Part shown: positions 47,799-57,386 of the stretch, piece after piece
Layout: each line of letters begins with the position of its first letter
Position numbering within the stretch: the stretch's first letter is position 1
Assembly (NCBI GenBank): GCA_963663165.1
Contig: OY760175.1
Location: 5,120,001-5,184,000, forward strand
Source: an uncultured Desulfospira sp.
GTDB lineage: Bacteria > Desulfobacterota > Desulfobacteria > Desulfobacterales > Desulfobacteraceae
Length of the DNA stretch: 64,000 nt
Direction: 5' to 3'
Notes under the pieces: generated by a model
Seen by the model: the letters and a program-made list of their open reading frames with translations, nothing else
Database searches by the model: none
Told to the model about the DNA's origin: nothing
Program-made: the position numbers and the translations under genes

Positions 47799-48587
47799 AT
47801 GGAAATCCTCAACATCATAGATCCCATCCGTTTCAGGACGTATATGCTGGTGCTGATGCGCATCAGCGTGATCCTTTATTTGATGCCTGTTTTTTCCTCC
47901 GAGGCGTTTCCCAGCATGCTTAAAACCGGGCTTGCCATGGTGGTTTCCCTGGCCTTGTATACGGTGGTCCCGGTGGATCTGTCACGGTTTCCCATGGATG
48001 TGGTGTCCACGGGTCTGCTGATAGGGGGCGAAGTCATGATCGGGATGACCCTGGGGCTTTGCATAAGGATTTTTTTCGGATCGGTTCAGCTGGCCGGCCA
48101 GGTCATCGGGTTTCAAATGGGGTTTGCCATGATCAATGTGGTGGACCCCCAGACCGGTTCAAATGTGTCCATCATGGACCAGTTGGGATACTGGGTCTGC
48201 CTGATCATTTTTCTGGCCTTTAACGGCCATCATGTCATGCTCACGGCCCTGGTGGACAGTTTTGACCTGGTTCCCATAGGTTTTTTTGCCCTGGACAAGG
48301 CCATGCTGGCAAAGATGACGGCTATGATGGCCCACCTGTTTGCCCTGGCCGTTAAAATCGGGGCACCGGTCATTGCGGCGTTGATTTTTGTATCTGCCGG
48401 GTTTGGGTTGGTTGCCAAATTTTCCCCCCAGATGAACGTCATGATCGTGGCCTTCCCCTTGAAAATAATCGGGGGGCTGGTGTTGTTCAGCCTTTCCCTT
48501 GAAATTATTGTCAGGGTCACCCGGGACTACGTCCAGGGGTTAAAACAGCTGTTGATGTCTTTTTTGTATATTATTGGCGGAGGGTAA
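47799..48587 (+). CDS. fliR: Export gate protein FliR
   Basis: AGQVIGFQMGF...DP, GHH, PQMNVM...FPLKI. Confidence 0.95.
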   Translation: MEILNIIDPIRFRTYMLVLMRISVILYLMPVFSSEAFPSMLKTGLAMVVSLALYTVVPVDLSRFPMDVVSTGLLIGGEVMIGMTLGLCIRIFFGSVQLAGQVIGFQMGFAMINVVDPQTGSNVSIMDQLGYWVCLIIFLAFNGHHVMLTALVDSFDLVPIGFFALDKAMLAKMTAMMAHLFALAVKIGAPVIAALIFVSAGFGLVAKFSPQMNVMIVAFPLKIIGGLVLFSLSLEIIVRVTRDYVQGLKQLLMSFLYIIGGG

Positions 48588-48590
48588 TCC

Positions 48591-49661
48591 ATGGCTGAAG
48601 ATCCCGAGAGCGGTGGAGAGAAAACCGAAGACGCATCGTCGCGAAAGCTTGACAAGGCCAGAGAAGAGGGGCAGGTTGCCAAAAGTACGGAGATTCCCTC
48701 CGTATTCGTCCTCCTGGCCGGGGTCACCTCTTTGTATATGGTGGCTTTTTATTCCTATGCCAATCTGACGAGCATATTCCGGTATGATTATATATTTGAA
48801 ACCATTCCGAACTTGACCCGTGTGGATGTGGTCCACCTGCTGTTTGTCCATGCCCAGCGCATGTTTTTGTTCTGCCTGCCCTTTTTTGCGGCCGTGGTGT
48901 TGGTGGCCCTTGCGGCCAATTTTGCCCAGGTCGGGTTTACCGTGTCCTGGAAATCCCTTGAACCCAAGTTCTCAAGGCTTAATCCCATTACCGGCTTCCA
49001 AAACAAATTTTCATCCAGGGCTGTGGTTGAATTTGTAAAAACCCTGTTCAAAATTGCGGTGATTTCCCTGGTGGCCTATTTTGCCATCAAAGGGGCGCTG
49101 ACCGATATTTTAAGGCTCCATGATACATCGGTGGGCTTTATTCTGTTGTTTATCCTTAAAAAGGTTTTCTGGATTGTTGTAAAGGTATGCCTGATCATGC
49201 TGGTTCTTGCTTTTCTGGACTATGCCTACCAGAAATGGAAATTTCTGGAAGACCAGAAGATGACCAAAAAAGAGGTCAAGGACGAACTCAAGCAGACAGA
49301 GGGTGATCCCATGGTCAAGTCCAGGATCCGGCAGCTTCAGCATCAGGCCGCCAGAAAACGGATGATGGCCAAGGTTCCCGAGGCCGATGTGGTGGTCACC
49401 AACCCCACACGGCTTGCCGTGGCCTTAAAATACGACAACGAGAGCATGGACGCTCCGGAAGTCCTGGCCAAAGGGGCCGGCCCTGTGGCAGAAAATATCC
49501 GGAAAATCGCCCGGGAAAATGATGTTCCTTTGGTGGAAAATAAAGAACTGGCCCGGAATTTGTATAGAACTGTAGATATCGGGCAGCAGGTGCCCATGGA
49601 ATATTACCAGGCCGTAGCGGAACTGCTGGCGTATGTGTATAAACTGAAACAGAACCGATAG
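48591..49661 (+). CDS. flhB: Export switch protein FlhB
   Basis: EKTE, KMTKKEVKDELKQTEGDP, VVVTNPTR. Confidence 0.96.
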   Translation: MAEDPESGGEKTEDASSRKLDKAREEGQVAKSTEIPSVFVLLAGVTSLYMVAFYSYANLTSIFRYDYIFETIPNLTRVDVVHLLFVHAQRMFLFCLPFFAAVVLVALAANFAQVGFTVSWKSLEPKFSRLNPITGFQNKFSSRAVVEFVKTLFKIAVISLVAYFAIKGALTDILRLHDTSVGFILLFILKKVFWIVVKVCLIMLVLAFLDYAYQKWKFLEDQKMTKKEVKDELKQTEGDPMVKSRIRQLQHQAARKRMMAKVPEADVVVTNPTRLAVALKYDNESMDAPEVLAKGAGPVAENIRKIARENDVPLVENKELARNLYRTVDIGQQVPMEYYQAVAELLAYVYKLKQNR

Positions 49662-49751
49662 CGGTGAACGGCAACTTTCTGGCACATCGGTGTCAATAGT
49701 TTAATCAGATTTGCCCCTTGAGGCGGAAAAACCCATAACCGGAAGAACTCA

Positions 49752-51857
49752 ATGGCAGCAGCAGAACAAACCGGATTTATAGCCGGATTAAAAAGAGAAT
49801 CATCAGACATTCTAATGGTTGTCGCCTTTATCGGCATTCTCATGGCCATGATTCTCCCGTTGCATCCCATTGTTCTGGACTTCTTTCTGGCTCTGAACAT
49901 TTCCCTGGCCATTGTGGTTCTCATTGCCACCATGTATACCACGGCCCCCCTTGAATTTGCCATTTTCCCCTCTCTGCTGCTGGTGCTGACCTTGTTCCGG
50001 CTGTCTTTGAACGTGGCGTCCACAAGGCTGATCCTGCTTCACGGCAGTGAAGGCCCTCTGGCGGCCGGTGCCATTATCATGTCGTTCGGCAACTTTGTGG
50101 TGGGGGGCAATTATGTGGTGGGGCTGGTTATTTTTGTGATTCTGGTGCTGATCAATTTTCTGGTCATTACCAAAGGTGCCGGAAGGATCGCGGAAGTGGC
50201 CGCCCGGTTTACCCTGGACGCCATGCCCGGCAAGCAGATGGCCATTGATGCCGACCTGAACGCGGGAATGATTGATGAGGTTGAAGCCGGAGAGCGCCGG
50301 GCTGCCATTGCCAGGGAATCGGAATTTCACGGGGCCATGGACGGTGCGTCAAAATTTGTCCGGGGGGATGCCATTGCCGGCATTGTAATTACCCTGATCA
50401 ATATTGTGGGCGGGTTTGTCATCGGCGTGGTCCAGCAGGGCATGGAAATGGGGGAAGCCCTGACCAACTATACCCTGCTCACCGTGGGTGACGGTCTGGT
50501 GTCCCAGATCCCGGCCCTGTTGATTTCAGCGGCGGCAGGCCTTCTGGTGTCACGGTCCGGGGCTGAGACCAAAATGGGCAAGGCCTTTGCCAAACAGCTG
50601 CTGTCCAGTTCCACCCCGGTGTTTATCGGTTCGGTGATTATCTTCTGCATGGGGCTGATTCCGGGGCTGCCCTCAATTCCCTTTATGACCTTAGGGTTAA
50701 CCATGGGAACCCTGGCCTGGTATTTTCTCAAAGGCGAGGAAGAAAAAAAGGTGGCCAAAGAGCTGGAAAAAGCCAAAGCCGAAGCCCAGCCTGAAGGAAC
50801 GGGGCAGCCTGAAAACGTGGACCACCTCCTGTCTTTGGACACCATCGAGCTTGAAGTCGGATACGGGTTGATTCCCCTGGTGGACAAGCAGCAGGACGGC
50901 ACCCTTCTGGGCCGGATCAGGGCCATCCGGCGGCAGTTTGCCACGGAAATGGGGATTATCGTTCCCCCCATTCATATCCGGGACAACCTGAATTTAAGCC
51001 CTGCCCAGTACCGGCTCATGATCAAGGGGGTTGAAGCGGCCGGGGCCGAACTTATGGTCAAGCATCTGCTGGCCATGGATCCCGGCGGGGTGGCCCAGAA
51101 AATTGAGGGGATCGAAACCATTGAGCCGGCCTTTAACCTGCCGGCCCTCTGGATTCCCACAAACCGGGAAGAAGAGGCCAAATTTGCCGGGTACACCGTG
51201 GTGGACAACTCCACAGTCATTGCCACCCATTTAACGGAGATTTTAAGGGCCAATGCCCATGATCTTCTGGGCCGGCAGGATGTCCAGCACCTTATGGACA
51301 ACCTGGCCAAGACCAGCCCCAAGGCCGTGGAGGAACTAGTGCCCAACCTCTTAACCATCGGGGCGGTTCAAAAGGTCCTCCAGAATCTGTTAAAAGAGCG
51401 GATTCCCATCAGGGATCTGCTGACCATTGTGGAAACCCTGGCCGATTTCGCTCCCAAGGGAAAAGACCCGGACCTGCTCACAGAGTATGTCCGGCAGCGC
51501 ATTGCAAAGGGGATGTTAAGCCCATATCTCCAGGAGGGGAAGGTGCTGCACGTCCTTACCCTGGACCGGAAGCTCGAAGAAATTTTAACCAAAAATGTCA
51601 AGCGCACGGACCATGGGGCCTATCTTGCCCTTGATCCGGGCATGGTCCATGAGGTGGTCCAGGCCATATCAAAGGCGGTTGAAAAGCAGATTGCCATCAA
51701 CACCCCGCCGGTGATCATGACCTCGCCGGTCCTGCGCCGTCATTTAAGAAAGCTCATTGAGGCATCCCTGCCGACTGTTTTTGTGGTATCCCACGCGGAA
51801 ATCGTGGATGATATTAATTTAAAGGCCAGTGGAAAGGTGGTTTTAAAAGATGAATAA
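49752..51857 (+). CDS. flhA: Export apparatus protein FlhA
   Basis: AEVAARFTLDAMPGKQMAIDADL, GAMDGASKFVRGDAIAG. Confidence 0.98.
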   Translation: MAAAEQTGFIAGLKRESSDILMVVAFIGILMAMILPLHPIVLDFFLALNISLAIVVLIATMYTTAPLEFAIFPSLLLVLTLFRLSLNVASTRLILLHGSEGPLAAGAIIMSFGNFVVGGNYVVGLVIFVILVLINFLVITKGAGRIAEVAARFTLDAMPGKQMAIDADLNAGMIDEVEAGERRAAIARESEFHGAMDGASKFVRGDAIAGIVITLINIVGGFVIGVVQQGMEMGEALTNYTLLTVGDGLVSQIPALLISAAAGLLVSRSGAETKMGKAFAKQLLSSSTPVFIGSVIIFCMGLIPGLPSIPFMTLGLTMGTLAWYFLKGEEEKKVAKELEKAKAEAQPEGTGQPENVDHLLSLDTIELEVGYGLIPLVDKQQDGTLLGRIRAIRRQFATEMGIIVPPIHIRDNLNLSPAQYRLMIKGVEAAGAELMVKHLLAMDPGGVAQKIEGIETIEPAFNLPALWIPTNREEEAKFAGYTVVDNSTVIATHLTEILRANAHDLLGRQDVQHLMDNLAKTSPKAVEELVPNLLTIGAVQKVLQNLLKERIPIRDLLTIVETLADFAPKGKDPDLLTEYVRQRIAKGMLSPYLQEGKVLHVLTLDRKLEEILTKNVKRTDHGAYLALDPGMVHEVVQAISKAVEKQIAINTPPVIMTSPVLRRHLRKLIEASLPTVFVVSHAEIVDDINLKASGKVVLKDE

Positions 51858-53217
51858 ACGGGTATTCAAAGCGGCTAATATCCAGGAGGCCATCGCCAGC
51901 ATTAAAGAGGAACTTGGACCGGATGCCATGATCCTGTCCACCCGAAAAGTGCCAAGGAAAATCAAAGATCCTTATGCCGGGGACTTAGTGGAGGTAGAAG
52001 CCGCCTTAGATGAAGAAGCGGCCGCTGCCGCCCCCATGAGACAAGGTGTCTTTAACAGATCCGAACCCCGCAGGTGGCCCCTCGGGGAACCCCTCAGGGA
52101 AACTTATAAGGAATCCCCCAGGGAACCCCGCAGGGATCCGTTCAAGGCGTCTTCCCGGGGGGCTGTTGAAGATCCTGTAAGGGGCAGCCGGACAGGGATG
52201 GGAACCTTTCCCCAGGATCTGCTGGACCAGGTCCGGGACGATATTTCCCAGATCAAGGATATGATCTCATTTGCCGGCTTAGGGTTCGGTATCGTGGACA
52301 TGGCGGCTGGCAATTTTGAAACCAAGGGGATTCTGGCCGCTTTCTTAAGGGCCGGGGTCAGTGAAACCCTTGCCTGTTCCCTGATCCGGGACGCAAGCCG
52401 GGCAACGGCCAGGAATGTTGATCCCAAAGCCTTATCCCCAAAGGACCGGTCAGAGCGGATACGGGAGATCAAGAAAAAGGTCATGGCCCTGTGCCTTTCA
52501 CGGATTCGTGCCGGGGAATGGTTTGAACAGCCCGGCAAAATCCCGGGAAGCCGGGTGGCGGCATTTGTAGGCCCCACAGGGGTGGGAAAGACCACCACCA
52601 TTGCCAAGCTGGCCGCATTTTTAAGTTTCAAAAAGAAGTACAGGGTGGGGCTGATTTCCATTGATAATTACCGGATCGGGGCATTTGAGCAGCTCAAGGC
52701 CTATGCGTCCATTATGGGGCTTCCCTGTGTCCAGGCCTTTAATGCCAGGGATCTGGCCTTAGGCGTGGACCGGATGGCATCCATGGATATGGTCCTGATT
52801 GATACGGCCGGCCACAGCCACCATGACCGGAAAAAACTGGATGAAATTTTAAACCTTATCCGGTCGGATTTTCCCATATCTGTTCATTTGGCCTTGAGTG
52901 TTACCTCTGAATTGATTAATATGAAAGAGGCGGTTTCGGCGTTTTCAGCTTTTGATCCGGATACCCTTGTATTCACCAAAATAGACGAGACCAGACGGTG
53001 CGGCAAAATACTGGATCAGCTGAATGCGGTGAATCTTCCGGTTTCCCTGGTGACCAACGGTCAGAAAGTGCCTGAAGATTTGATTATTCCCGACCGGCAG
53101 ACCCTGTTGAGAATCATTCTGGGGCAGGGCCCTTTATACGGGATTGACACCCTGGCACCGGCAATGGAACCATTTGGGGAAACCCAAAAGGGGCAGGCGT
53201 TACCCAAAGGAGCGTAA
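51850..53217 (+). CDS. flhF: SRP-type GTPase FlhF
   Basis: GPDAMILS, GPTGVGKTTTIAKLA, DTAG, TKIDE, GQKVPED. Confidence 0.95.
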   Translation: MNKRVFKAANIQEAIASIKEELGPDAMILSTRKVPRKIKDPYAGDLVEVEAALDEEAAAAAPMRQGVFNRSEPRRWPLGEPLRETYKESPREPRRDPFKASSRGAVEDPVRGSRTGMGTFPQDLLDQVRDDISQIKDMISFAGLGFGIVDMAAGNFETKGILAAFLRAGVSETLACSLIRDASRATARNVDPKALSPKDRSERIREIKKKVMALCLSRIRAGEWFEQPGKIPGSRVAAFVGPTGVGKTTTIAKLAAFLSFKKKYRVGLISIDNYRIGAFEQLKAYASIMGLPCVQAFNARDLALGVDRMASMDMVLIDTAGHSHHDRKKLDEILNLIRSDFPISVHLALSVTSELINMKEAVSAFSAFDPDTLVFTKIDETRRCGKILDQLNAVNLPVSLVTNGQKVPEDLIIPDRQTLLRIILGQGPLYGIDTLAPAMEPFGETQKGQALPKGA

Positions 53218-53222
53218 AACGA

Positions 53223-54104
53223 TTGGATCAGGCAAAAGGCTTAAGGGATTTGGCGAAAACCCGGCAACAAAAAAGGAGTGTTCACCCCATGGCAGCTCAA
53301 AATGCCCCCAGGGTCATTGCCGTCACCAGTGGAAAAGGCGGTGTCGGGAAAACAAATATTGTCGGTAACCTGGCGGTTTCCCTGGCCCGGAAGGGCAAAC
53401 GGATCGTTATTATTGACGCCGATGTCGGGCTGGCCAACATTGATATCCTTTTTAACCTGCGTCCCAAATACAGTATCCGCCACGTGGTGACGTCTGAAAA
53501 GCGCCTGGACCAGGTCATGGTCACCTCTGAGCACGGGATTAAAATCATTCCCGGCGGATCAGGGTTTGCCGACCTGACCAACCTTACCCAGGGAGAAAAA
53601 CTCAACCTGCTCAGTGAATTTGAAACCCTGGCCCCCCAGGCGGATCTGATCCTGGTGGATACCGGTGCCGGGATTTCTTCAAACGTTCTATACTTTAACT
53701 CAGCCGCCGATGACTGTGTGGTGGTTTCCACGGCAGAGCCCACATCCATTACCGATGCCTATGCCCTGATGAAAGTCATGTCCCAGGAATACGGGACAAG
53801 ACGGTTTAAGCTTATCGTCAATGTCGTAGAGTCTGAAAAAGAGGGCAAGCGGGTGTTTGCCACCTTAAGCCAGGCCCTGGACAAATTTTTGAAAAATGTG
53901 GTCCTGGAGTTTCTCGGATATATCCCTTTTGATAAACAGGTTCAACAATCGGTCCGCAAAAGGAGCCTGTTCATGGACATGGTTTCTGATACCCCGGCCG
54001 CTCTGGCCATGGACCGGATTGCCCGTGATCTTGAGAACAGTCCCAGCAGGGGTGACGGAAATTTGACGTTTTTTATGGACAAGGTGTTCCGGACCGGAAC
54101 CTGA
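53223..54104 (+). CDS. flhG: MinD-like ATPase FlhG
   Basis: DQA N-terminus, SGKGGVGKT, DADVGLAN, EPTSITDAYA. Confidence 0.95.
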   Translation: MDQAKGLRDLAKTRQQKRSVHPMAAQNAPRVIAVTSGKGGVGKTNIVGNLAVSLARKGKRIVIIDADVGLANIDILFNLRPKYSIRHVVTSEKRLDQVMVTSEHGIKIIPGGSGFADLTNLTQGEKLNLLSEFETLAPQADLILVDTGAGISSNVLYFNSAADDCVVVSTAEPTSITDAYALMKVMSQEYGTRRFKLIVNVVESEKEGKRVFATLSQALDKFLKNVVLEFLGYIPFDKQVQQSVRKRSLFMDMVSDTPAALAMDRIARDLENSPSRGDGNLTFFMDKVFRTGT

Positions 54105-54136
54105 TAACAAAATGTTATCTTCAGGGTTTGTTCAAA

Positions 54137-54227
54137 ATAACCGTCACGGACGGCTTGGATTATCCAACCAAGAACCGTCCGCAACAAGAAAATGAAAGTC
54201 TTCTCAGGATGTTAGTGGGATTTTCAT
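54137..54227 (+). repeat. ~90-bp dispersed hairpin element, copy F
   Basis: ataaccgtcacggacggcttggattatccaaccaagaacc...gcaacaa...tgaaagtc...gattttcat. Confidence 0.85.
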
Positions 54228-54252
54228 ATAAATTTTTAAAGGCTGTCAGCCC

Positions 54253-54294
54253 GCTAACAGCTAAAGGCTAACAGCTAATAGCTAAAAGCTGAAA
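54253..54294 (+). repeat. GCTAANA heptamer array x6
   Basis: gctaaca gctaaag gctaaca gctaata gctaaaa gctgaaa. Confidence 0.75.
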
Positions 54295-54296
54295 AA

Positions 54297-55046
54297 GTGA
54301 CCAGAACAGAGAAAAGCACATTAAAAAAGGATCATGCCTGGCGTCAGAACGCCATTGTTGAATATGCGTTTCTGGTGAAGCAGATTTCCTCCCAGTTTTC
54401 CATGAGACTGCCTTCCAGCGTGCTGTTCGACGAACTGGTGTCGGCCGGGTCCCTCGGCCTGATCGATGCTGTGGACAAGTTTGACCCTGAACGGCATGTC
54501 AGCTTGAAAACCTATGCCAAGTACCGGATAAAGGGTGCCATTCTAGATGAGCTTCGAAGCATGGATACCTATTCAAGATCCATGCGCAAAAAAATCCAGG
54601 ATATTACCAAAGCCGTAAAATTAATTGAGGACGAAAAGGGCGCGCCGGCCACTGATCAGGAAACAGCAAACGCCTTAGGCATTGATCTTGCATCTTATCA
54701 GGATATGTTAAGGGATATTCACAGTGCTGCGGTTTTGAGCCTTGATGAGTTCATTAAAACAAAGAAAAACGATACATCCTCCCAGACCCGGTTCCAGGTA
54801 GGGCTCAAGGGAGAAGAAAACCCGGCAGACGATCTGGCCAGAAAAGAACTCAAACAGGTTTTAGTGGATACCATAAAGACCCTGACCGAAAAAGAGCAAA
54901 TGGTGGTTTCCCTGTATTATTATGACGAGCTGACCTTAAAGGAAATCGGTGAAATGCTTTCTTTGACCGAATCCCGGATCTGTCAGATCCATACCGGCAT
55001 ACTGGTTAAAATGAAGGCCAGGATGCAGGGGTACTTAGGGGAATAG
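54297..55046 (+). CDS. fliA: Flagellar sigma factor FliA (sigma28)
   Basis: GLIDAVDKFDP, RIKGAILDELR, LYYYDELTLKEIG...ESRICQIH. Confidence 0.96.
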   Translation: MTRTEKSTLKKDHAWRQNAIVEYAFLVKQISSQFSMRLPSSVLFDELVSAGSLGLIDAVDKFDPERHVSLKTYAKYRIKGAILDELRSMDTYSRSMRKKIQDITKAVKLIEDEKGAPATDQETANALGIDLASYQDMLRDIHSAAVLSLDEFIKTKKNDTSSQTRFQVGLKGEENPADDLARKELKQVLVDTIKTLTEKEQMVVSLYYYDELTLKEIGEMLSLTESRICQIHTGILVKMKARMQGYLGE

Positions 55047-55174
55047 CCCGAAGGCTGAAGGTGGATAGGCAGACGGCTGGAGGCAGCTTACACGAGGGAA
55101 AAATCAGGCCATGAAAGTGATACCCTTCAGCCTAAACCCCTTCAGTCTAATAGACTAAAAAAAAGAGGTAAATC

Positions 55175-57052
55175 ATGCCCGAACAAGAAGAAGATCTAAT
55201 CTCCCAGGATGATATTGACGCGCTGTTGGATTCATCCCTTCTTGGGGGTGATGACGAAGACGAAAACTCGGATGAAGATTCGGCTGAAGATGAACTTGGG
55301 GAATTGTCCCAGGATGATATTGACAGCCTTCTCAACGGTCCGGGACCGGATTCGGGCGGTGATGGGGATGATTCTGGTGGCGATGATTCAGGCGAGTTAT
55401 CCCAGGATGACATCGACCGGATGATGGGCGGGAACTCTGAATCGGAGGCGGATACTGCAGAGGAAGAAGAGGCCGGGGAGCTGTCCCAGGATGACATTGA
55501 CCGGATGATGGGCGGGAACTCTGAACCGGAGGCGGATACTGCAGAGGAAGAAGAGGCCGGGGAACTGTCTCAGGATGACATCGACCGGATGATGGGCGGG
55601 AACTCTGAACCGGAGGCGGATACTGCAGAGGAAGAAGAGGCCGGGGAACTGTCTCAGGATGACATTGACCGGATGATGGGCGGGAACTCTGAACCGGAGG
55701 CGGATACTGCCGGGGAAGAAGAAGCCGGGGAACTGTCCCAGGATGATATCGACCGGATGATGAACTTTGATGCCCCGGCAGAAGAAACCGGGGAGGCTGA
55801 CGAAGAAGATGTGGAGCTGATCTCTCAGGAAGATATCCAGCGCCTGATGAATACTTCGGGTGATGACGCCGGGGAAGAACCGGCTGCCCAGGAAGATAAC
55901 CCGCCGGCTGATGAAGAAGACATGGAGTTAATCTCCCAGGATGATATTGACGGCCTGATTCCGGAGGATGCCCCCCCGGAACCCGAGAGTATTGTCCCGG
56001 AAAGTGAACCCGAGGAGGCGGTTGAGGATGATTTTATCATTGACGAATCTGAAGCCGTTGATCCCGCAGATGCCCTGATTACCCAGGAAACCATTGATGA
56101 ACTGCTTGCAAAGGGGCCTGAACCTGAACCGGAACCTGAGCCGGAAGAACCCCCTCAGGCTGAAGATTCAATTGAAGACTTGGGCGAAGACTCCAGTGAG
56201 CCCATTGTCCTGGACGGTGATGAAGCGCCTGATGATCTGGATGATCTGGACGGGGTGTCCCAGGATGATATTGACAGCCTGCTCCAGGATGAAGATGACG
56301 ACGCCATGGGGGATGATGACGATGATATTTTAATATCCCAGGACGATATTGATACCCTGCTCATGGCGGCGGATCAGGAGGATGAAGATGTCCTTGGCGG
56401 CTTATTGGACGAAGAAGACAAGTTAGAAGGCTTTGATGAAGACGATGTTTTAGACGGTGATGACGAAGGCGACCAGGTGGTCCTGGAAGGCGGTGACGAG
56501 GTCCTTGATAGGGAAGGGGATGATGCAGATGCGCCGGTCAAGAAACGTTGGTATAAATCCAAGCTCATGGTGGCCATGCTGTCGGGAGTTTTGGTTCTGG
56601 GCATCATGATTCCGGCGGCCTATTTCCTGTTTTTTTCAAAACCGCCGGTCAAGATTCCTGAAAACCAGCCCGTTCAAACGGCTGATGTTCAGGATGTGGC
56701 GGTTGAAACCGTTACCCTTGATCCAAAGCCCTACGTTGAAATAAAAAAATCAGGGTCCATTGAGTTGAACAGTTTTCTGATCCTGGCATCCGATGAAGCA
56801 AGCGGCATTGCCTATGTCCAGGCAGACGTCACCATTGATTATACCGATCAGCGGGCATACCATGAAATCCAGGGGAACCTGCCCTTTTACAGGGATTTGA
56901 TTTTCGAGTCCATTCAAAAAAGCCTGGACCGGGACAAGGAAAATAAAGTCACCAAATCGGATTTGATCTGGGAAGTGGAAAATACCTTGAAAAAGGTGTT
57001 GCCGGCCCATTATATAGAAAGGGTGAAGTTTACCGTATTTAAGACGACTTAA
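55175..57052 (+). CDS. Membrane-anchored FliL-like protein with a long acidic N-terminal arm carrying 12 SQDDID motifs
   Basis: Acidic repeat region, then KKRWYKSK, a TM helix, and a FliL-like C-terminal domain (IELNSFLI...YRDLI...IERVKFT). Confidence 0.75.
   Translation: MPEQEEDLISQDDIDALLDSSLLGGDDEDENSDEDSAEDELGELSQDDIDSLLNGPGPDSGGDGDDSGGDDSGELSQDDIDRMMGGNSESEADTAEEEEAGELSQDDIDRMMGGNSEPEADTAEEEEAGELSQDDIDRMMGGNSEPEADTAEEEEAGELSQDDIDRMMGGNSEPEADTAGEEEAGELSQDDIDRMMNFDAPAEETGEADEEDVELISQEDIQRLMNTSGDDAGEEPAAQEDNPPADEEDMELISQDDIDGLIPEDAPPEPESIVPESEPEEAVEDDFIIDESEAVDPADALITQETIDELLAKGPEPEPEPEPEEPPQAEDSIEDLGEDSSEPIVLDGDEAPDDLDDLDGVSQDDIDSLLQDEDDDAMGDDDDDILISQDDIDTLLMAADQEDEDVLGGLLDEEDKLEGFDEDDVLDGDDEGDQVVLEGGDEVLDREGDDADAPVKKRWYKSKLMVAMLSGVLVLGIMIPAAYFLFFSKPPVKIPENQPVQTADVQDVAVETVTLDPKPYVEIKKSGSIELNSFLILASDEASGIAYVQADVTIDYTDQRAYHEIQGNLPFYRDLIFESIQKSLDRDKENKVTKSDLIWEVENTLKKVLPAHYIERVKFTVFKTT
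55391..55762 (+). repeat. In-frame 84-bp tandem repeat x4.4
   Basis: Unit encodes GELSQDDIDRMMGGNSEPEADTAEEEEA; copies are near-identical at the DNA level. Confidence 0.95.
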
Positions 57053-57092
57053 ATTGCCGGAAAAGACGTAAATATCTGCTAAGGAGGGCACC

Positions 57093-57386
57093 GTGACAAC
57101 CATTCCGGGCCACAATCAGGTCCTGCAACATTCCGGGGCTGCCCAGGAAGCCAGCCAGCAGGCCCATTCCCCAAAACCATCCCCTGAGCATGCCGCCGGG
57201 ACGGCCCAGGCCCAGGAGGTTATCCGGAATTCAACCATTCAGGCATCTGACGAGTCTGAACGATTGAAAAAAGAAAAAAAAAAGGAACGGGCAGAAGCCG
57301 CTAAAAAGAAAGCCTCTGCTGACCCAAAGGAAGATCAGTTCCCGGATCCGGATGCCCCGGGAGGCCTGTTGGATACAATTATATGA
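57093..57386 (+). CDS. Hypothetical small flagellar-locus protein
   Basis: AAGGAGG RBS, 97 aa, C-terminal GGLLDTII. Confidence 0.65.
   Translation: MTTIPGHNQVLQHSGAAQEASQQAHSPKPSPEHAAGTAQAQEVIRNSTIQASDESERLKKEKKKERAEAAKKKASADPKEDQFPDPDAPGGLLDTII

Noticed and set aside
49680..49695. Sigma54 promoter upstream of flhA (TGGCACATCGGTGTCA)
   Set aside because: The -24 box is good, but the conserved -12 GC is missing at the required spacing.
57093..57386. FlgM candidate
   Set aside because: It lacks the FlgM C-terminal pattern (kV..lk..I..G.Y).
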